Virus record (IMG/VR): IMGVR_UViG_2737471838_000004
Coordinates: 1 to 55,334 of that record
DNA length: 55,334 nt
Reading direction: 5' to 3' (one strand)
DNA from: a virus
Lineage: Duplodnaviria > Heunggongvirae > Uroviricota > Caudoviricetes
Positions 27,667 to 36,289 of this stretch are shown in pieces. The translations under genes were made by a program, and so were the position numbers. How positions within the stretch are numbered: position 1 is the first letter of the stretch; each line of letters begins with the position of its first letter. The notes below the pieces were generated by a model. It saw nothing but the letters and a program-made list of their open reading frames with translations. It had not been told where the DNA came from and ran no database searches.

Positions 27667-28209
27667 TCACCCCCGCTTAAAGCTCATAACACGCGGTACA
27701 AGCGCTTCTTTTGCTTTAGCCTTGCGTTTCCCTTTCTTCGCTGTTTTTTCTTCTTCCTTCGGCTGTTCTGCCTGTTCTAATGCCTGCTCAACGACTTCAG
27801 CCGCCTGCATTGCCGCTACCTGTGCTTCGTTTGATTCTGCCAGGATCGGGAAGAATGCATCAAAGATGCGGCCCACCATGTAAGCGTAAGTCTCATTCGC
27901 CGGATGAGATGGATCAGTGGTAGCCACGACGCCTACATCGCTTAAAACGTGAAATGTAGTGTGCGCCGCTTCATGGACCAGTGTTCCTAACTCATTGTCG
28001 AATACTGCGATCACGTAGAAGTTACCGCCTTTCTCGCCAGTGCAAGTAAGCGTCAATCCTCCTGCCAGTTCGAAATCAGGTTCGATCGGAATTCCTGCCT
28101 TTTCGCAAAATTCATAAAACATCTCGCGGGTCGGGCAAAAGAAAACGGTTGTATGCTCAAAGAGCGGTACTTTGAATTGAGGCAATTTAATGCCTTTAGC
28201 CTTAGCCAT
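27667..28209 (-). CDS. HExxH-motif protein (putative zinc metallopeptidase-like) with Lys-rich C-terminal tail
   Basis: 180-aa ORF with AGGAGA RBS; motif LVHEAAHTTFH; C-terminus KEEEKTAKKGKRKAKAKE. Confidence 0.5.
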   Translation of the reverse strand: MAKAKGIKLPQFKVPLFEHTTVFFCPTREMFYEFCEKAGIPIEPDFELAGGLTLTCTGEKGGNFYVIAVFDNELGTLVHEAAHTTFHVLSDVGVVATTDPSHPANETYAYMVGRIFDAFFPILAESNEAQVAAMQAAEVVEQALEQAEQPKEEEKTAKKGKRKAKAKEALVPRVMSFKRG

Positions 28210-28487
28210 CAGAATAATCTCCTATTCTGAAAAATATAACCCCCGCAAAACTCGACACCGCAGGGAGTGAAAACAGCTATAAAACACTGAAAACGGCGCT
28301 TCATCAGTACCGTTTCCAGAATTTTATAAAATTGGTGAATGGCGCTTTCTTCTACCCAGGTAGCGCCATACCTGTTAATGAGGTTGTTTACCCGGTATTA
28401 CGTGTTTTTGAATTTCCGCCGTCGCTCGCGGGAAGGATTGGCCCGGTTATGGCTGGCTGACAGAAACGGCGACACGTCAACGCGCTG

Positions 28488-28976
28488 TTATTCTTTGCGT
28501 AAGCACTGCGTTTTGATGTATCCCTGAAGCGCGGTTATCTTCGCATCCTTCTCTTTCAGTTGTTCTCTGAGGGATAGATAAGCCGATTCAGCGTCGGGAG
28601 TGAGTCTACAGGCGGCTCCATCAATGGCGCTGGCGGATCCGGTGGAGTCGGACACTCGCACAGGTGTTGCGTTGACGCGCAACCGGATAGAACCGTTATC
28701 AATGCCAGTGCGCAGATCGGCAATGTCAGATCTGATAGCTTTAATTTCATCGTGATACCTCTTATCAAGTTTTGACAGTTCGGCGTTTAGCTCCTTCATC
28801 TGCTGAATAGTGTTACTTGCTGTTTTCAGTGCGCCTTGCGTGGTCGTTAATTCTTCCTGTAACCTTGTCGCCTCACTCTGGTAATAGCATGTTACGGCGG
28901 TAAGGCTGGCAATGATGCAAACAACAGCGGCGATGATTAACGCCTTCACCTTGTCCACGTTTCCCCCCATTCGCAA
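28488..28976 (-). CDS. Rz: i-spanin (Rz-like)
   Basis: 162 aa; N-terminal TM helix, coiled-coil periplasmic domain; embedded +1-frame lipoprotein ORF. Confidence 0.8.
   Translation of the reverse strand: MRMGGNVDKVKALIIAAVVCIIASLTAVTCYYQSEATRLQEELTTTQGALKTASNTIQQMKELNAELSKLDKRYHDEIKAIRSDIADLRTGIDNGSIRLRVNATPVRVSDSTGSASAIDGAACRLTPDAESAYLSLREQLKEKDAKITALQGYIKTQCLRKE
28556..28750 (-). CDS. Rz1: o-spanin (Rz1-like lipoprotein) embedded in Rz
   Basis: ORF 28556..28768 trimmed to MKLKLSDL; lipobox LSGC, Pro-rich ([14 protein letters not shown]); entirely within Rz in another frame. Confidence 0.7.
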   Translation of the reverse strand: MKLKLSDLTLPICALALITVLSGCASTQHLCECPTPPDPPAPLMEPPVDSLPTLNRLIYPSENN

Positions 28977-29437
28977 ACGGCATATTCAACCTCGCGGCGG
29001 TTTACCAGGCCTTGCCACTTCTTACCGCCAGCGTATACCCAGCGCTTAAGCTGTGCGCACGCCTCTGATTTCTTGCCGTCATTGAGCAGTTTTAATAAGG
29101 TTGATGTTTTGAAGTTGGTCGCGCCTACGTTATAGGCGAATGAATAAAGTGCAGCGCGGGTGAAATCTGATATTTCGACTTTGATATATGGGTCAATCGC
29201 TTTTGCGGTCTTGTGTAGATCTTTATTTAACAAAGCATCGCATTCTGATTGCGTGTAAGTCTTGCCAAGCATGATGTCTTTTCCGACGTGTCCATAACAT
29301 ATCGTGTAAACACCGATGACATCTCTGTATGGCTTATACTCAACGCCTTCAAGGTCTTTTATCATCACCCCCGCAATAGCGATCGCCCCACCAGCCGCCG
29401 CCGCAACAATCTTGTTTTTCAGCGATTGGCTAATCAT
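28946..29437 (-). CDS. SAR endolysin (T4-lysozyme-like glycoside hydrolase)
   Basis: ORF 28946..29518 trimmed to [25 protein letters not shown] (signal-anchor-release segment), then lysozyme-like region; follows holin by 1 nt. Confidence 0.8.
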   Translation of the reverse strand: MISQSLKNKIVAAAAGGAIAIAGVMIKDLEGVEYKPYRDVIGVYTICYGHVGKDIMLGKTYTQSECDALLNKDLHKTAKAIDPYIKVEISDFTRAALYSFAYNVGATNFKTSTLLKLLNDGKKSEACAQLKRWVYAGGKKWQGLVNRREVEYAVCEWGETWTR

Positions 29438-29438
29438 G

Positions 29439-29639
29439 TTACTTATTCCCCATTCGTGCGTCGTGTTCCTCTTGCGCCCGCTTATTCTCCTGTGATTTGA
29501 AGTAATAATTAACGGCAAATGTGCCTATGGTTGATAAGATACCCACAAAGACGGCAATGTCATTGATGGTTATCGCGCCGAAAAAAGCAGTTACGGCCCC
29601 GGTCACATACGCACACGCCTCCCGTATTCTGTCGAACAT
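29439..29639 (-). CDS. holin
   Basis: 66 aa; two hydrophobic helices and charged C-terminus; GGAGG RBS; first gene of lysis cassette. Confidence 0.7.
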   Translation of the reverse strand: MFDRIREACAYVTGAVTAFFGAITINDIAVFVGILSTIGTFAVNYYFKSQENKRAQEEHDARMGNK

Positions 29640-29655
29640 AGATTTACCTCCAACA

Positions 29656-29682
29656 AAGCAAAAACCCGGCGCGGGGCCGGGT
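29656..29682 (-). terminator. terminator hairpin immediately upstream of holin (tR'-like)
   Basis: CCCGGC CCCGC GCCGGG hairpin followed by TTTTTGCTTTG on the minus strand. Confidence 0.5.
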
Positions 29683-29710
29683 AGTTACAGTTTCGCATTG
29701 TTAGGTAATA

Positions 29711-29739
29711 TTTTAATCTGTTTGTTTTCGACCCACAAA
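29711..29739 (-). promoter_or_regulatory. candidate late promoter (PR'-like; TTGTGG-17-TAAAAT)
   Basis: good -35/-10 with 17-bp spacer about 25 nt upstream of the terminator and about 70 nt upstream of the holin start. Confidence 0.4.
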
Positions 29740-29806
29740 TACGGCTTTACTGCTTTCTGTATATCAGGCCATTATCAAGTAGCATTTGCATGTGCCAACG
29801 ATCCAT

Positions 29807-29923
29807 CATACTTGATTCCCAGCATAGTTTTTCTGGATCCTGAATCATCACCTTGTCACCCTTAACCAGATAAGCGATGTTAAATAACATGTGCAAATAG
29901 ATGCCGTCTTCGATCTCGTTCAT
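29807..29923 (-). CDS. hypothetical small protein (38 aa), tandem paralog of next ORF
   Basis: hand-translated MNEIEDGIYLHMLFNIAYLVKGDKVMIQDPEKLCWNQV; ATGA overlap with upstream ORF. Confidence 0.3.
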
Positions 29924-30102
29924 AGCTCGCCAACCTTAAATAGTATGCCTTTATCAACGCTTAGCTTAATATCTTCCCTTGTTGTTTTGAAGAATGGCTC
30001 TGCGTATTCCTCACCATCTACGCTGATTGTTACGGTATCGCCGTCAACCATGTAAAAAACGTTTTCCATCTGGTTTACACCATAGATTCCGTCTTCAATC
30101 AT
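29920..30102 (-). CDS. hypothetical small protein
   Basis: 60-aa ORF (MIEDGIYGVNQ...) in tightly packed minus-strand array. Confidence 0.4.
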   Translation of the reverse strand: MIEDGIYGVNQMENVFYMVDGDTVTISVDGEEYAEPFFKTTREDIKLSVDKGILFKVGEL

Positions 30103-30299
30103 TTCTTGCGCTCCTTAATGGCTCGTTTGATCTGCGCCACCGTTGCAGCGAAGAAAGCGATGAAAACCAATACAGGCCAGAAAGGTATCTCAAATCCGCA
30201 ACGGTCGGCCTCGCTAACCTTAATAAAACATGACATCAGGATCGCGCCAGCGATATAAAGCAAAACAATCACAGCAATAAGGCATTCAATCATCTTCAC
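30099..30299 (-). CDS. small membrane protein
   Basis: 66 aa, two hydrophobic helices, basic C-terminus. Confidence 0.45.
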   Translation of the reverse strand: MKMIECLIAVIVLLYIAGAILMSCFIKVSEADRCGFEIPFWPVLVFIAFFAATVAQIKRAIKERKK

Positions 30300-30418
30300 C
30301 CCCCAAGATCGTGATAAATATCGTTAGGGTCTTCTCCATGTTCCTCGCAAAAACGATCAAATAGCGCCCAATTTTCAGAAAGAAACATGATTAATAAATT
30401 TTTATACCACTCTTCCAT

Positions 30419-30673
30419 TTAATCATCCTCATCGTCTTCATGTTCAGCAAGGAACTCATCAACCACGCGATAAGTTACTGGCGGGATGTATTCGAAATCA
30501 TCAGAATCGAGATCAAGCGTCCGGCGGTCGCCGTCATCATCCAGCGTATTCATCCCTAATTCACCGAAAGGGCCGTACCCCATACGGCCCAAGTATTCGC
30601 AACCAATCGTAAACCCAGGATATTCGCCTTTACACCTGATTTTGTATAGCTTACTTGATGCGCTCAATATCAA
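30419..30673 (-). CDS. hypothetical acidic protein
   Basis: 84-aa ORF, acidic C-terminus EHEDDEDD. Confidence 0.4.
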   Translation of the reverse strand: MILSASSKLYKIRCKGEYPGFTIGCEYLGRMGYGPFGELGMNTLDDDGDRRTLDLDSDDFEYIPPVTYRVVDEFLAEHEDDEDD

Positions 30674-30974
30674 TTCCCCCTGTCACACCTTCAGTCATTT
30701 TGTATTCAGCCACCAGTTCAGATCCAATCAATTCCACATCAACATCAGGGCAAGGATTAAGCACCACAGATGCAAAAACAAAATGCTTAACGTGATTTGT
30801 ATCATCAAGGTGTTTCACGTCAAAAGGCGGTTCAGGTACGTGAAAGCATTTAACGTGCGCATCGTCTTCAGTAGCTACACGGAAACATGCGCCAGGTTGC
30901 CCGGCGTACTGTCCCAATCTTTCTTCGTTCGGTAAAGTACCACGAAAAACTTTAACACTGGCAAATTTAGACAT
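30651..30974 (-). CDS. hypothetical protein
   Basis: 107-aa ORF in array. Confidence 0.4.
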   Translation of the reverse strand: MSKFASVKVFRGTLPNEERLGQYAGQPGACFRVATEDDAHVKCFHVPEPPFDVKHLDDTNHVKHFVFASVVLNPCPDVDVELIGSELVAEYKMTEGVTGGIDIERIK

Positions 30975-30997
30975 TTGTTATTCTCCTTCGTAAGAAA

Positions 30998-31297
30998 TTA
31001 AAATTCAGCACCAGGTAAGCTACGCGCTTTATTCACCGCATCGTGTTTTAACGATAAACCAGCGCGATAATTCATAATACCCATATTGCCAACAGGTATT
31101 TCATTATTTTCTGCCTTTATTCTGAACAACTGGTTTTTAGTGAAGATCCTGTCACCATCAGTGATGTATAACCAGTCTCCACGCTTACCAACAACGACAT
31201 GAGATCGGCCTAAACTGTCTTTAAATTCATAATTGCAGAAAACATCATCGTTAGGCACTTCAACAAAACAGCACGCTATGAACTTATCGCTTTTCAT
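30998..31297 (-). CDS. hypothetical protein
   Basis: 99-aa ORF in array. Confidence 0.4.
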   Translation of the reverse strand: MKSDKFIACCFVEVPNDDVFCNYEFKDSLGRSHVVVGKRGDWLYITDGDRIFTKNQLFRIKAENNEIPVGNMGIMNYRAGLSLKHDAVNKARSLPGAEF

Positions 31298-31593
31298 GAT
31301 TCAACCCTTCTGGTTTGATGGGCCATCCGGCCAGTGTTTTATTTTTCTTCGTCTCATTTAAATCCTAAACACTCAGCGTATTCGTCAATGCTTAATGCTT
31401 CTTCACCTGGTGCCAGCAATTCAAAGTAGCGGGCGTATAGTTCAAAAACCCATGCTGGATATTTAGCGTTAGCGTTCATTTTCTTGTCTCCCCTTCCGTC
31501 TTCTTTGACTTATATATAACAAAACGGCACTGCCGAAACAATGCCATTCTGTATACTTTGCGAGGTAGATCACATTTATTGATGCGAACAACA

Positions 31594-31809
31594 TTACCAC
31601 TTAACAAAACGCGCGATCGGTTCCTCGCCGAACTGGCTGGCAACGTGTCCACGCGCGTAACAATCCCAATAGCGCCAAGCGTCGCCGTGATCGTCTTTAA
31701 TGTATTGCGTGTTAAGTTCATCACCAGTAAGGTGACCTACTGTATATATTCCGCCGACCTCAAAGCATGATGTTTTTGATTCAGTGCATCTGACATACAT
31801 GATATTCAT
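31594..31809 (-). CDS. hypothetical protein
   Basis: 71-aa ORF in array. Confidence 0.35.
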   Translation of the reverse strand: MNIMYVRCTESKTSCFEVGGIYTVGHLTGDELNTQYIKDDHGDAWRYWDCYARGHVASQFGEEPIARFVKW

Positions 31810-31822
31810 TCCCTATTTGGAT

Positions 31823-32029
31823 TTATAAATAGCGCAACTGGCACACCATTACCGCCAGCGCCATCAACGAATCCGCTACCATCAAGATCGCTATAAAAAA
31901 CCACGGATCGCCGTCTTCATCATAAATGTACTGAATATCGTTAGTTCTGCTTATTAGCGTTTCTATGTCGTAAATCTCATCAACTACAAAAAGATCAGGG
32001 AAACGAGACTTTATACATTTTACAAACAT
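31823..32029 (-). CDS. hypothetical protein
   Basis: 68-aa ORF in array. Confidence 0.35.
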   Translation of the reverse strand: MFVKCIKSRFPDLFVVDEIYDIETLISRTNDIQYIYDEDGDPWFFIAILMVADSLMALAVMVCQLRYL

Positions 32030-32280
32030 CAGAAAACCCCTTTATAATCGACCGTGTATTTTGCTATCAGCTTCCATTCACAATAGCTTTCCATGTCGCG
32101 CGGTTGCCATCCTTTCATGCCTGCCGCACTTCGCGCAGCGTGACGGCGACAATTGTCGTTAAGGTCTACAACACACCACGGCTGAAGCACAAACATGTAA
32201 TTGGCCTCGTTGACCAGGATCGCCATCTGCTTTCCTGTTGCCTTATCTTTCGCCCGGAAATAGCTTACCCTTATTTTCAT
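32029..32280 (-). CDS. hypothetical protein
   Basis: 83-aa ORF in array. Confidence 0.4.
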   Translation of the reverse strand: MKIRVSYFRAKDKATGKQMAILVNEANYMFVLQPWCVVDLNDNCRRHAARSAAGMKGWQPRDMESYCEWKLIAKYTVDYKGVF

Positions 32281-32491
32281 TTTGATATACCTCGATCAAC
32301 ATTTCTTCCTCAAGGTTGGCAGGACGTTTACGGAATACCCCGGCAAAAACCAGATCGTCGAGTAGGTCTTCACGCTTAAATAACCACTCTTTCATTATCA
32401 CCCCGTCGTCACTGCGATATACGACGCCGTTTTTCAGAAAATAAAAAGTGTTGATGTCTGTCTGGAGGTATAGATCTTCGTAAACGTCCAT
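32243..32491 (-). CDS. hypothetical protein
   Basis: ORF 32243..32617 trimmed to MDVYEDLY start. Confidence 0.35.
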   Translation of the reverse strand: MDVYEDLYLQTDINTFYFLKNGVVYRSDDGVIMKEWLFKREDLLDDLVFAGVFRKRPANLEEEMLIEVYQNENKGKLFPGER

Positions 32492-32495
32492 AATG

Positions 32496-32723
32496 TTAAC
32501 TCTCGACCACTTCCAGCCCGCGCCCCTTGTCGCCAACGAAGTCGCCCAAGCTGAACGTATACGACCACGCCGGATTAATGTAGTGATCATCAGCGCCAGC
32601 GGCAATGAGGTCAGCACCGTTAATCATGCAAGTGACATTATCACTATGAACGACGTCAACCACCTTACCAACAACCTGTTTCAATGACGGATAACCGTGA
32701 TCGTGCAAGAATTTTACTTTCAT
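32496..32723 (-). CDS. hypothetical protein
   Basis: 75-aa ORF in array. Confidence 0.4.
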   Translation of the reverse strand: MKVKFLHDHGYPSLKQVVGKVVDVVHSDNVTCMINGADLIAAGADDHYINPAWSYTFSLGDFVGDKGRGLEVVES

Positions 32724-32725
32724 CT

Positions 32726-33004
32726 TTACCCCTTATAAGTAACAGCATCAGAAAGCAACAATACCGCCAACATCTCACCGTCATGTAACGGATCTGGAAT
32801 ACCAAAAAATATATCGCTTTTACTGTCAGGTACTACTACGCGCATATTGCCTTGTTTATCTTCATGTACGAACCACGGCTTTTCGTGTGGCTCAAACATG
32901 CCGAAAAGCAATTTAAGATCTATTTCTTCTCCCTTCGTGAATAACGATACATCCGTTGTTGCGATAACTAACGCTTTCTGATCTGCTGCTTTCTTTGCTT
33001 TCAT
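32726..33004 (-). CDS. hypothetical protein
   Basis: 92-aa ORF in array. Confidence 0.4.
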   Translation of the reverse strand: MKAKKAADQKALVIATTDVSLFTKGEEIDLKLLFGMFEPHEKPWFVHEDKQGNMRVVVPDSKSDIFFGIPDPLHDGEMLAVLLLSDAVTYKG

Positions 33005-33234
33005 TCCTCTGCCTCCCAGCGGTCAATGCTGATTAGAAAATCGCGGATAGCGTGGCGCTCGTCGCGCGTTGGTTTCCGCTTCCGGTAAATTTTGAAATCG
33101 AACCATTCTTTTTCTTGTTCGAAGTCCAGATCGTAAGCAAGCGCCTCAATATATCCGCAGTCGTGATACTGGTACGCCACGCCAGCACGAACAAAAAAGC
33201 GGGTTTTATCCCGCTTGTGCTCATAGATACGCAT
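33001..33234 (-). CDS. hypothetical protein
   Basis: 77-aa ORF, overlapping stop/start with neighbours. Confidence 0.4.
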   Translation of the reverse strand: MRIYEHKRDKTRFFVRAGVAYQYHDCGYIEALAYDLDFEQEKEWFDFKIYRKRKPTRDERHAIRDFLISIDRWEAEE

Positions 33235-33244
33235 ATTTCCCCCG

Positions 33245-33475
33245 CTATGCAGTTGTGTAGCTGTCTACCAGCTTTTCATCCTTCATTCTGGCAAGCTGTG
33301 CGATGTTCATCGTGTAGCCGCCATCAGAGAAAAGCCACTCCGCAGCCTTGCGACGAAAAGCGATATCATCATGGTTACGCGTCCATGTAGCGATCACCAC
33401 GCGCTTTCCGTCAGTGGCGAACATAGATAATTCGTTATCAACTACGTCGATAGCCTGCCAGATTTTTAGCTCCAT
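33245..33475 (-). CDS. hypothetical protein
   Basis: 76-aa ORF in array. Confidence 0.4.
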   Translation of the reverse strand: MELKIWQAIDVVDNELSMFATDGKRVVIATWTRNHDDIAFRRKAAEWLFSDGGYTMNIAQLARMKDEKLVDSYTTA

Positions 33476-33831
33476 GATTTATCCCCGTAAATTTTGAATA
33501 ATTCCCGTGCTTCCTGATCTTCGAATAACTTCATATGCAGATCATGCAGTCGGCGCATTGTGCGGAAGCGTGGTCTAAACTCCTGGTTTCTTTTAATGAA
33601 CTTACCACCAATTGAATAAATATGACCGTATGAATACCATCTATTCCCTACCCAAATTAGATAAATTTCACCCTCATAATTAAATTTGATTGTAAGCTCG
33701 TCAACATCCATTATTAATCCTTTGTCGAGGATGTCGTTTAGCATATCATCCCATTCTTTGAGAAACTGCTGTTGATACATGCCAAAAATTGTATTTGCAG
33801 CATGGCAAAGATAATCAATGATTATTTGCAT
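33466..33831 (-). CDS. hypothetical protein
   Basis: 121-aa ORF in array. Confidence 0.4.
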   Translation of the reverse strand: MQIIIDYLCHAANTIFGMYQQQFLKEWDDMLNDILDKGLIMDVDELTIKFNYEGEIYLIWVGNRWYSYGHIYSIGGKFIKRNQEFRPRFRTMRRLHDLHMKLFEDQEARELFKIYGDKSWS

Positions 33832-33835
33832 ATTA

Positions 33836-34048
33836 TCACCACATCATATAGTAAACGTTATCATCAGCTAATAAGTCGGCGTCATCCTGCGTCATGTGTC
33901 TGGCCTCAAGGAAAAAATCCTCATCATGCCACTCACTAACAAGCATTCGCGCCCATTTACGGCGCTGGCGTTTATTGTGTCGCAGATCATCAAAAGCCTT
34001 TAATGCTTTGTCGTATGCCCTTACAAGGCGCTTGCGGTTACTTTTCAT
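33836..34048 (-). CDS. hypothetical protein
   Basis: 70-aa ORF in array. Confidence 0.4.
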   Translation of the reverse strand: MKSNRKRLVRAYDKALKAFDDLRHNKRQRRKWARMLVSEWHDEDFFLEARHMTQDDADLLADDNVYYMMW

Positions 34049-34319
34049 CGCTATGATCCTGTAAACAGTCGTTATAGCCTTCGATGTATCCGGTTAATCC
34101 GGTATTACTTACTGACCAATCAGCAGAACGGCGTTTGATGGCCTTATCCATAGTCATTTCGTCGCCTGGTCCGCCCGACTCAATGTATTTTCTTAAATCC
34201 CTTGCTATCCACGCCCTCAATTGTTGTGTATCACGGCACAACCTCGCTGATAATGTCAGGTCATTAACCAGCTTTGCAAATAGATGTTCTTTTAATTTAG
34301 GCTTCATCATCGTCACCAC
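34038..34319 (-). CDS. hypothetical protein
   Basis: 93-aa ORF in array. Confidence 0.4.
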   Translation of the reverse strand: MVTMMKPKLKEHLFAKLVNDLTLSARLCRDTQQLRAWIARDLRKYIESGGPGDEMTMDKAIKRRSADWSVSNTGLTGYIEGYNDCLQDHSDEK

Positions 34320-34500
34320 GCTTGTAAATTTTGACAGGCTTAATAGGGATGGCAGGCAATTCGCCTTCGTTTAACGCGCTTGCCATGCCCAATATTAAAC
34401 GCGCTTCCGCACCAGTTACTTTCTTACACCATGCACCGCCTGTTTTATCTTCGAACAAGATAACGGCAAATTGATCGTTTATTTCCAGCTTATCCATCAC
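34297..34500 (-). CDS. hypothetical protein
   Basis: 67-aa ORF, ATGA overlap with the Q-like gene stop. Confidence 0.4.
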   Translation of the reverse strand: MMDKLEINDQFAVILFEDKTGGAWCKKVTGAEARLILGMASALNEGELPAIPIKPVKIYKRGDDDEA

Positions 34501-35219
34501 TCACCCCGCGTCACTCGTTTAATTTCGTTATCCGCCCGCGCCTCTTCTTTGAACAATTCAGCAATGGCGTCTTCATAGAAAGCGCGGTATTTCTTCCACC
34601 ACGTTGATCGGCTTACCGGGAAAACAAGCTGATTAACCTCCTGCCGGACAAGATCTACAGGGAAACGCGAGTACCCGCGCCCGCCGCAGTGCTGGCACGT
34701 TTTGAAAACTGGCATTTCCGCCGCTTCACTGGCTGCTTTATCCGGTACTTCGCCACGTCCCTTGCATTGTTTACAATGATTGCGAACTGTCCCATGCCCC
34801 TTGCATTTTTTGCAAAGGTGTTTTTCCCCGTATTCGTCAAACGTAAATTTATATCCGCCGCACTCCATACAAGTTTTTTCCGTCGCGGCACTCTGGCAAT
34901 AATCACGAAACGCGAAAACGGCAACAAGAATAATGAGATCATTGCGTTGTGCCTCGTCCAGTTCCATAACGTATTTATAGTCTTTTGCCATAGCTCTTAA
35001 ACGCTCTGTAAGCAAAACTACGGCCTTATGTTTTTCGGCTTGTGATAGTTCCATCTTCCCTAAAAAAGCGCTATAACCAAGCTCTACGCGCGATTGCGCC
35101 ATACCCGCAGCGGTTAGCGCATCCGTTGTATTAAGCACATCCGGGGACGTGCCCCGGCTTTCGTCTGATAATCGCGGTGATTTGGGAAAGTGGAATTTTA
35201 GAATTGATTCTAAATTCAT
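34497..35219 (-). CDS. Q: putative late-gene antiterminator Q (zinc-finger type)
   Basis: 240 aa; Cys cluster CMECGG...CKKCKGHG...CKQCKGRG...CQHCGGRG; located downstream of rusA/ninG as in lambdoid phages. Confidence 0.5.
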   Translation of the reverse strand: MNLESILKFHFPKSPRLSDESRGTSPDVLNTTDALTAAGMAQSRVELGYSAFLGKMELSQAEKHKAVVLLTERLRAMAKDYKYVMELDEAQRNDLIILVAVFAFRDYCQSAATEKTCMECGGYKFTFDEYGEKHLCKKCKGHGTVRNHCKQCKGRGEVPDKAASEAAEMPVFKTCQHCGGRGYSRFPVDLVRQEVNQLVFPVSRSTWWKKYRAFYEDAIAELFKEEARADNEIKRVTRGE

Positions 35220-35401
35220 TATTTGCCCCCGTAACGCGCTGCCAGTCGTTTACGATCAGAAATAGCTTGGACTAACTTTCTCTCAAGCTCTTTCAGTGCT
35301 AGCAATTCGCGCATGTGAAAAGCCTGGATTTGTCGTACCGTTTCTAAATCATGCTCATCACGCTGAATATCAATTTGCAGATCTTTAATTTCGTTTTTCA
35401 T
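35219..35401 (-). CDS. hypothetical small coiled-coil protein
   Basis: ORF 35219..35434 trimmed to MKNEIKDLQ. Confidence 0.3.
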   Translation of the reverse strand: MKNEIKDLQIDIQRDEHDLETVRQIQAFHMRELLALKELERKLVQAISDRKRLAARYGGK

Positions 35402-35804
35402 TGTCACCCCACATATTAGTCGCGTATTCGTCAATATCCGGTAGTAGGTCGCCGCGTTCGCGGATCTTAATAAACAATCGCCCGCCTTTTACCTTCCGGC
35501 AGCGAACAATTTTTATAGAATCGATTTGTCCGTCATCAGTCCAGAATCCGGCGTATGTAAGGCTATCAAAAAGGCATTTAGGGATATTATCCAGATCTCT
35601 GGTTCGGTTATCCGGCGGCGCGGCATGAATGGTAATTGCCAGTCGGCAAGATAGGTTAATATTTAAATTTAATAGCTCGATGATGTTTCTTACCTGTTCC
35701 CGGTATTCTTTCCCCACTTTACTGATATAATGAAAACCTCGTGAATGCCGGTAATACCTATTATTCGATGGCGGGTAAGGCAGGCTAAAAGAATATTCAT
35801 TCAT
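35385..35804 (-). CDS. rusA: Holliday junction resolvase RusA
   Basis: 139 aa; motifs PPSNNRYY, RDLDN, GFW.DD typical of RusA. Confidence 0.85.
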   Translation of the reverse strand: MNEYSFSLPYPPSNNRYYRHSRGFHYISKVGKEYREQVRNIIELLNLNINLSCRLAITIHAAPPDNRTRDLDNIPKCLFDSLTYAGFWTDDGQIDSIKIVRCRKVKGGRLFIKIRERGDLLPDIDEYATNMWGDNEKRN

Positions 35805-36289
35805 GGAGGATTTCTCATTTCATATTTGTGAAAACCGTATTTTATTTCAGCGTCACGTCTAGCGCGTATTGCGTCTTCTATATCTTTAAACCTCCCTAAA
35901 TAGATTGTTTTGCCGTTTACATGTATAAAAGCGTCATAAGCGTTTTTATGGAAGTAGACCCCGGTTATTCCTAGTTTATTATTTTTCTGCACGTTCCTAT
36001 TTTGTTGGTTTTGCTGTGGAGTAACAAGAAACAGGTTTTCTATATTATTATTTAGTCGGTTTCTATCAAAATGATCTATTTGATACCCTTCCGGGATCGG
36101 GCCGTTGTGCATCTCCCAAATAATATGATGTGCCAAATACATGTTTTGTTTGTATTTTATTAATCTGTAAGACGTTGTGCTACTCACACAACCAGCAAGA
36201 TCACCGACACAAATTTTTCCGTGTTTTGGTTTTATTTTCCAGTAAAGATCGCCATTTCTATATTCAAATATATCACCCCAATTATGCAC
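35801..36289 (-). CDS. HNH homing-endonuclease-like protein (HNH + AP2-like)
   Basis: 162 aa; IWEMHNGPIPEGYQIDHFDRNRLNN...NLFLVT; paralog of 49570..50073 and 52979..53437. Confidence 0.75.
   Translation of the reverse strand: MHNWGDIFEYRNGDLYWKIKPKHGKICVGDLAGCVSSTTSYRLIKYKQNMYLAHHIIWEMHNGPIPEGYQIDHFDRNRLNNNIENLFLVTPQQNQQNRNVQKNNKLGITGVYFHKNAYDAFIHVNGKTIYLGRFKDIEDAIRARRDAEIKYGFHKYEMRNPP

Noticed and set aside
31476-31724. 82-aa minus-strand ORF overlapping 31594..31809
   Set aside because: Overlaps the neighbouring ORF in a different frame, which has a more protein-like sequence; likely artefact.
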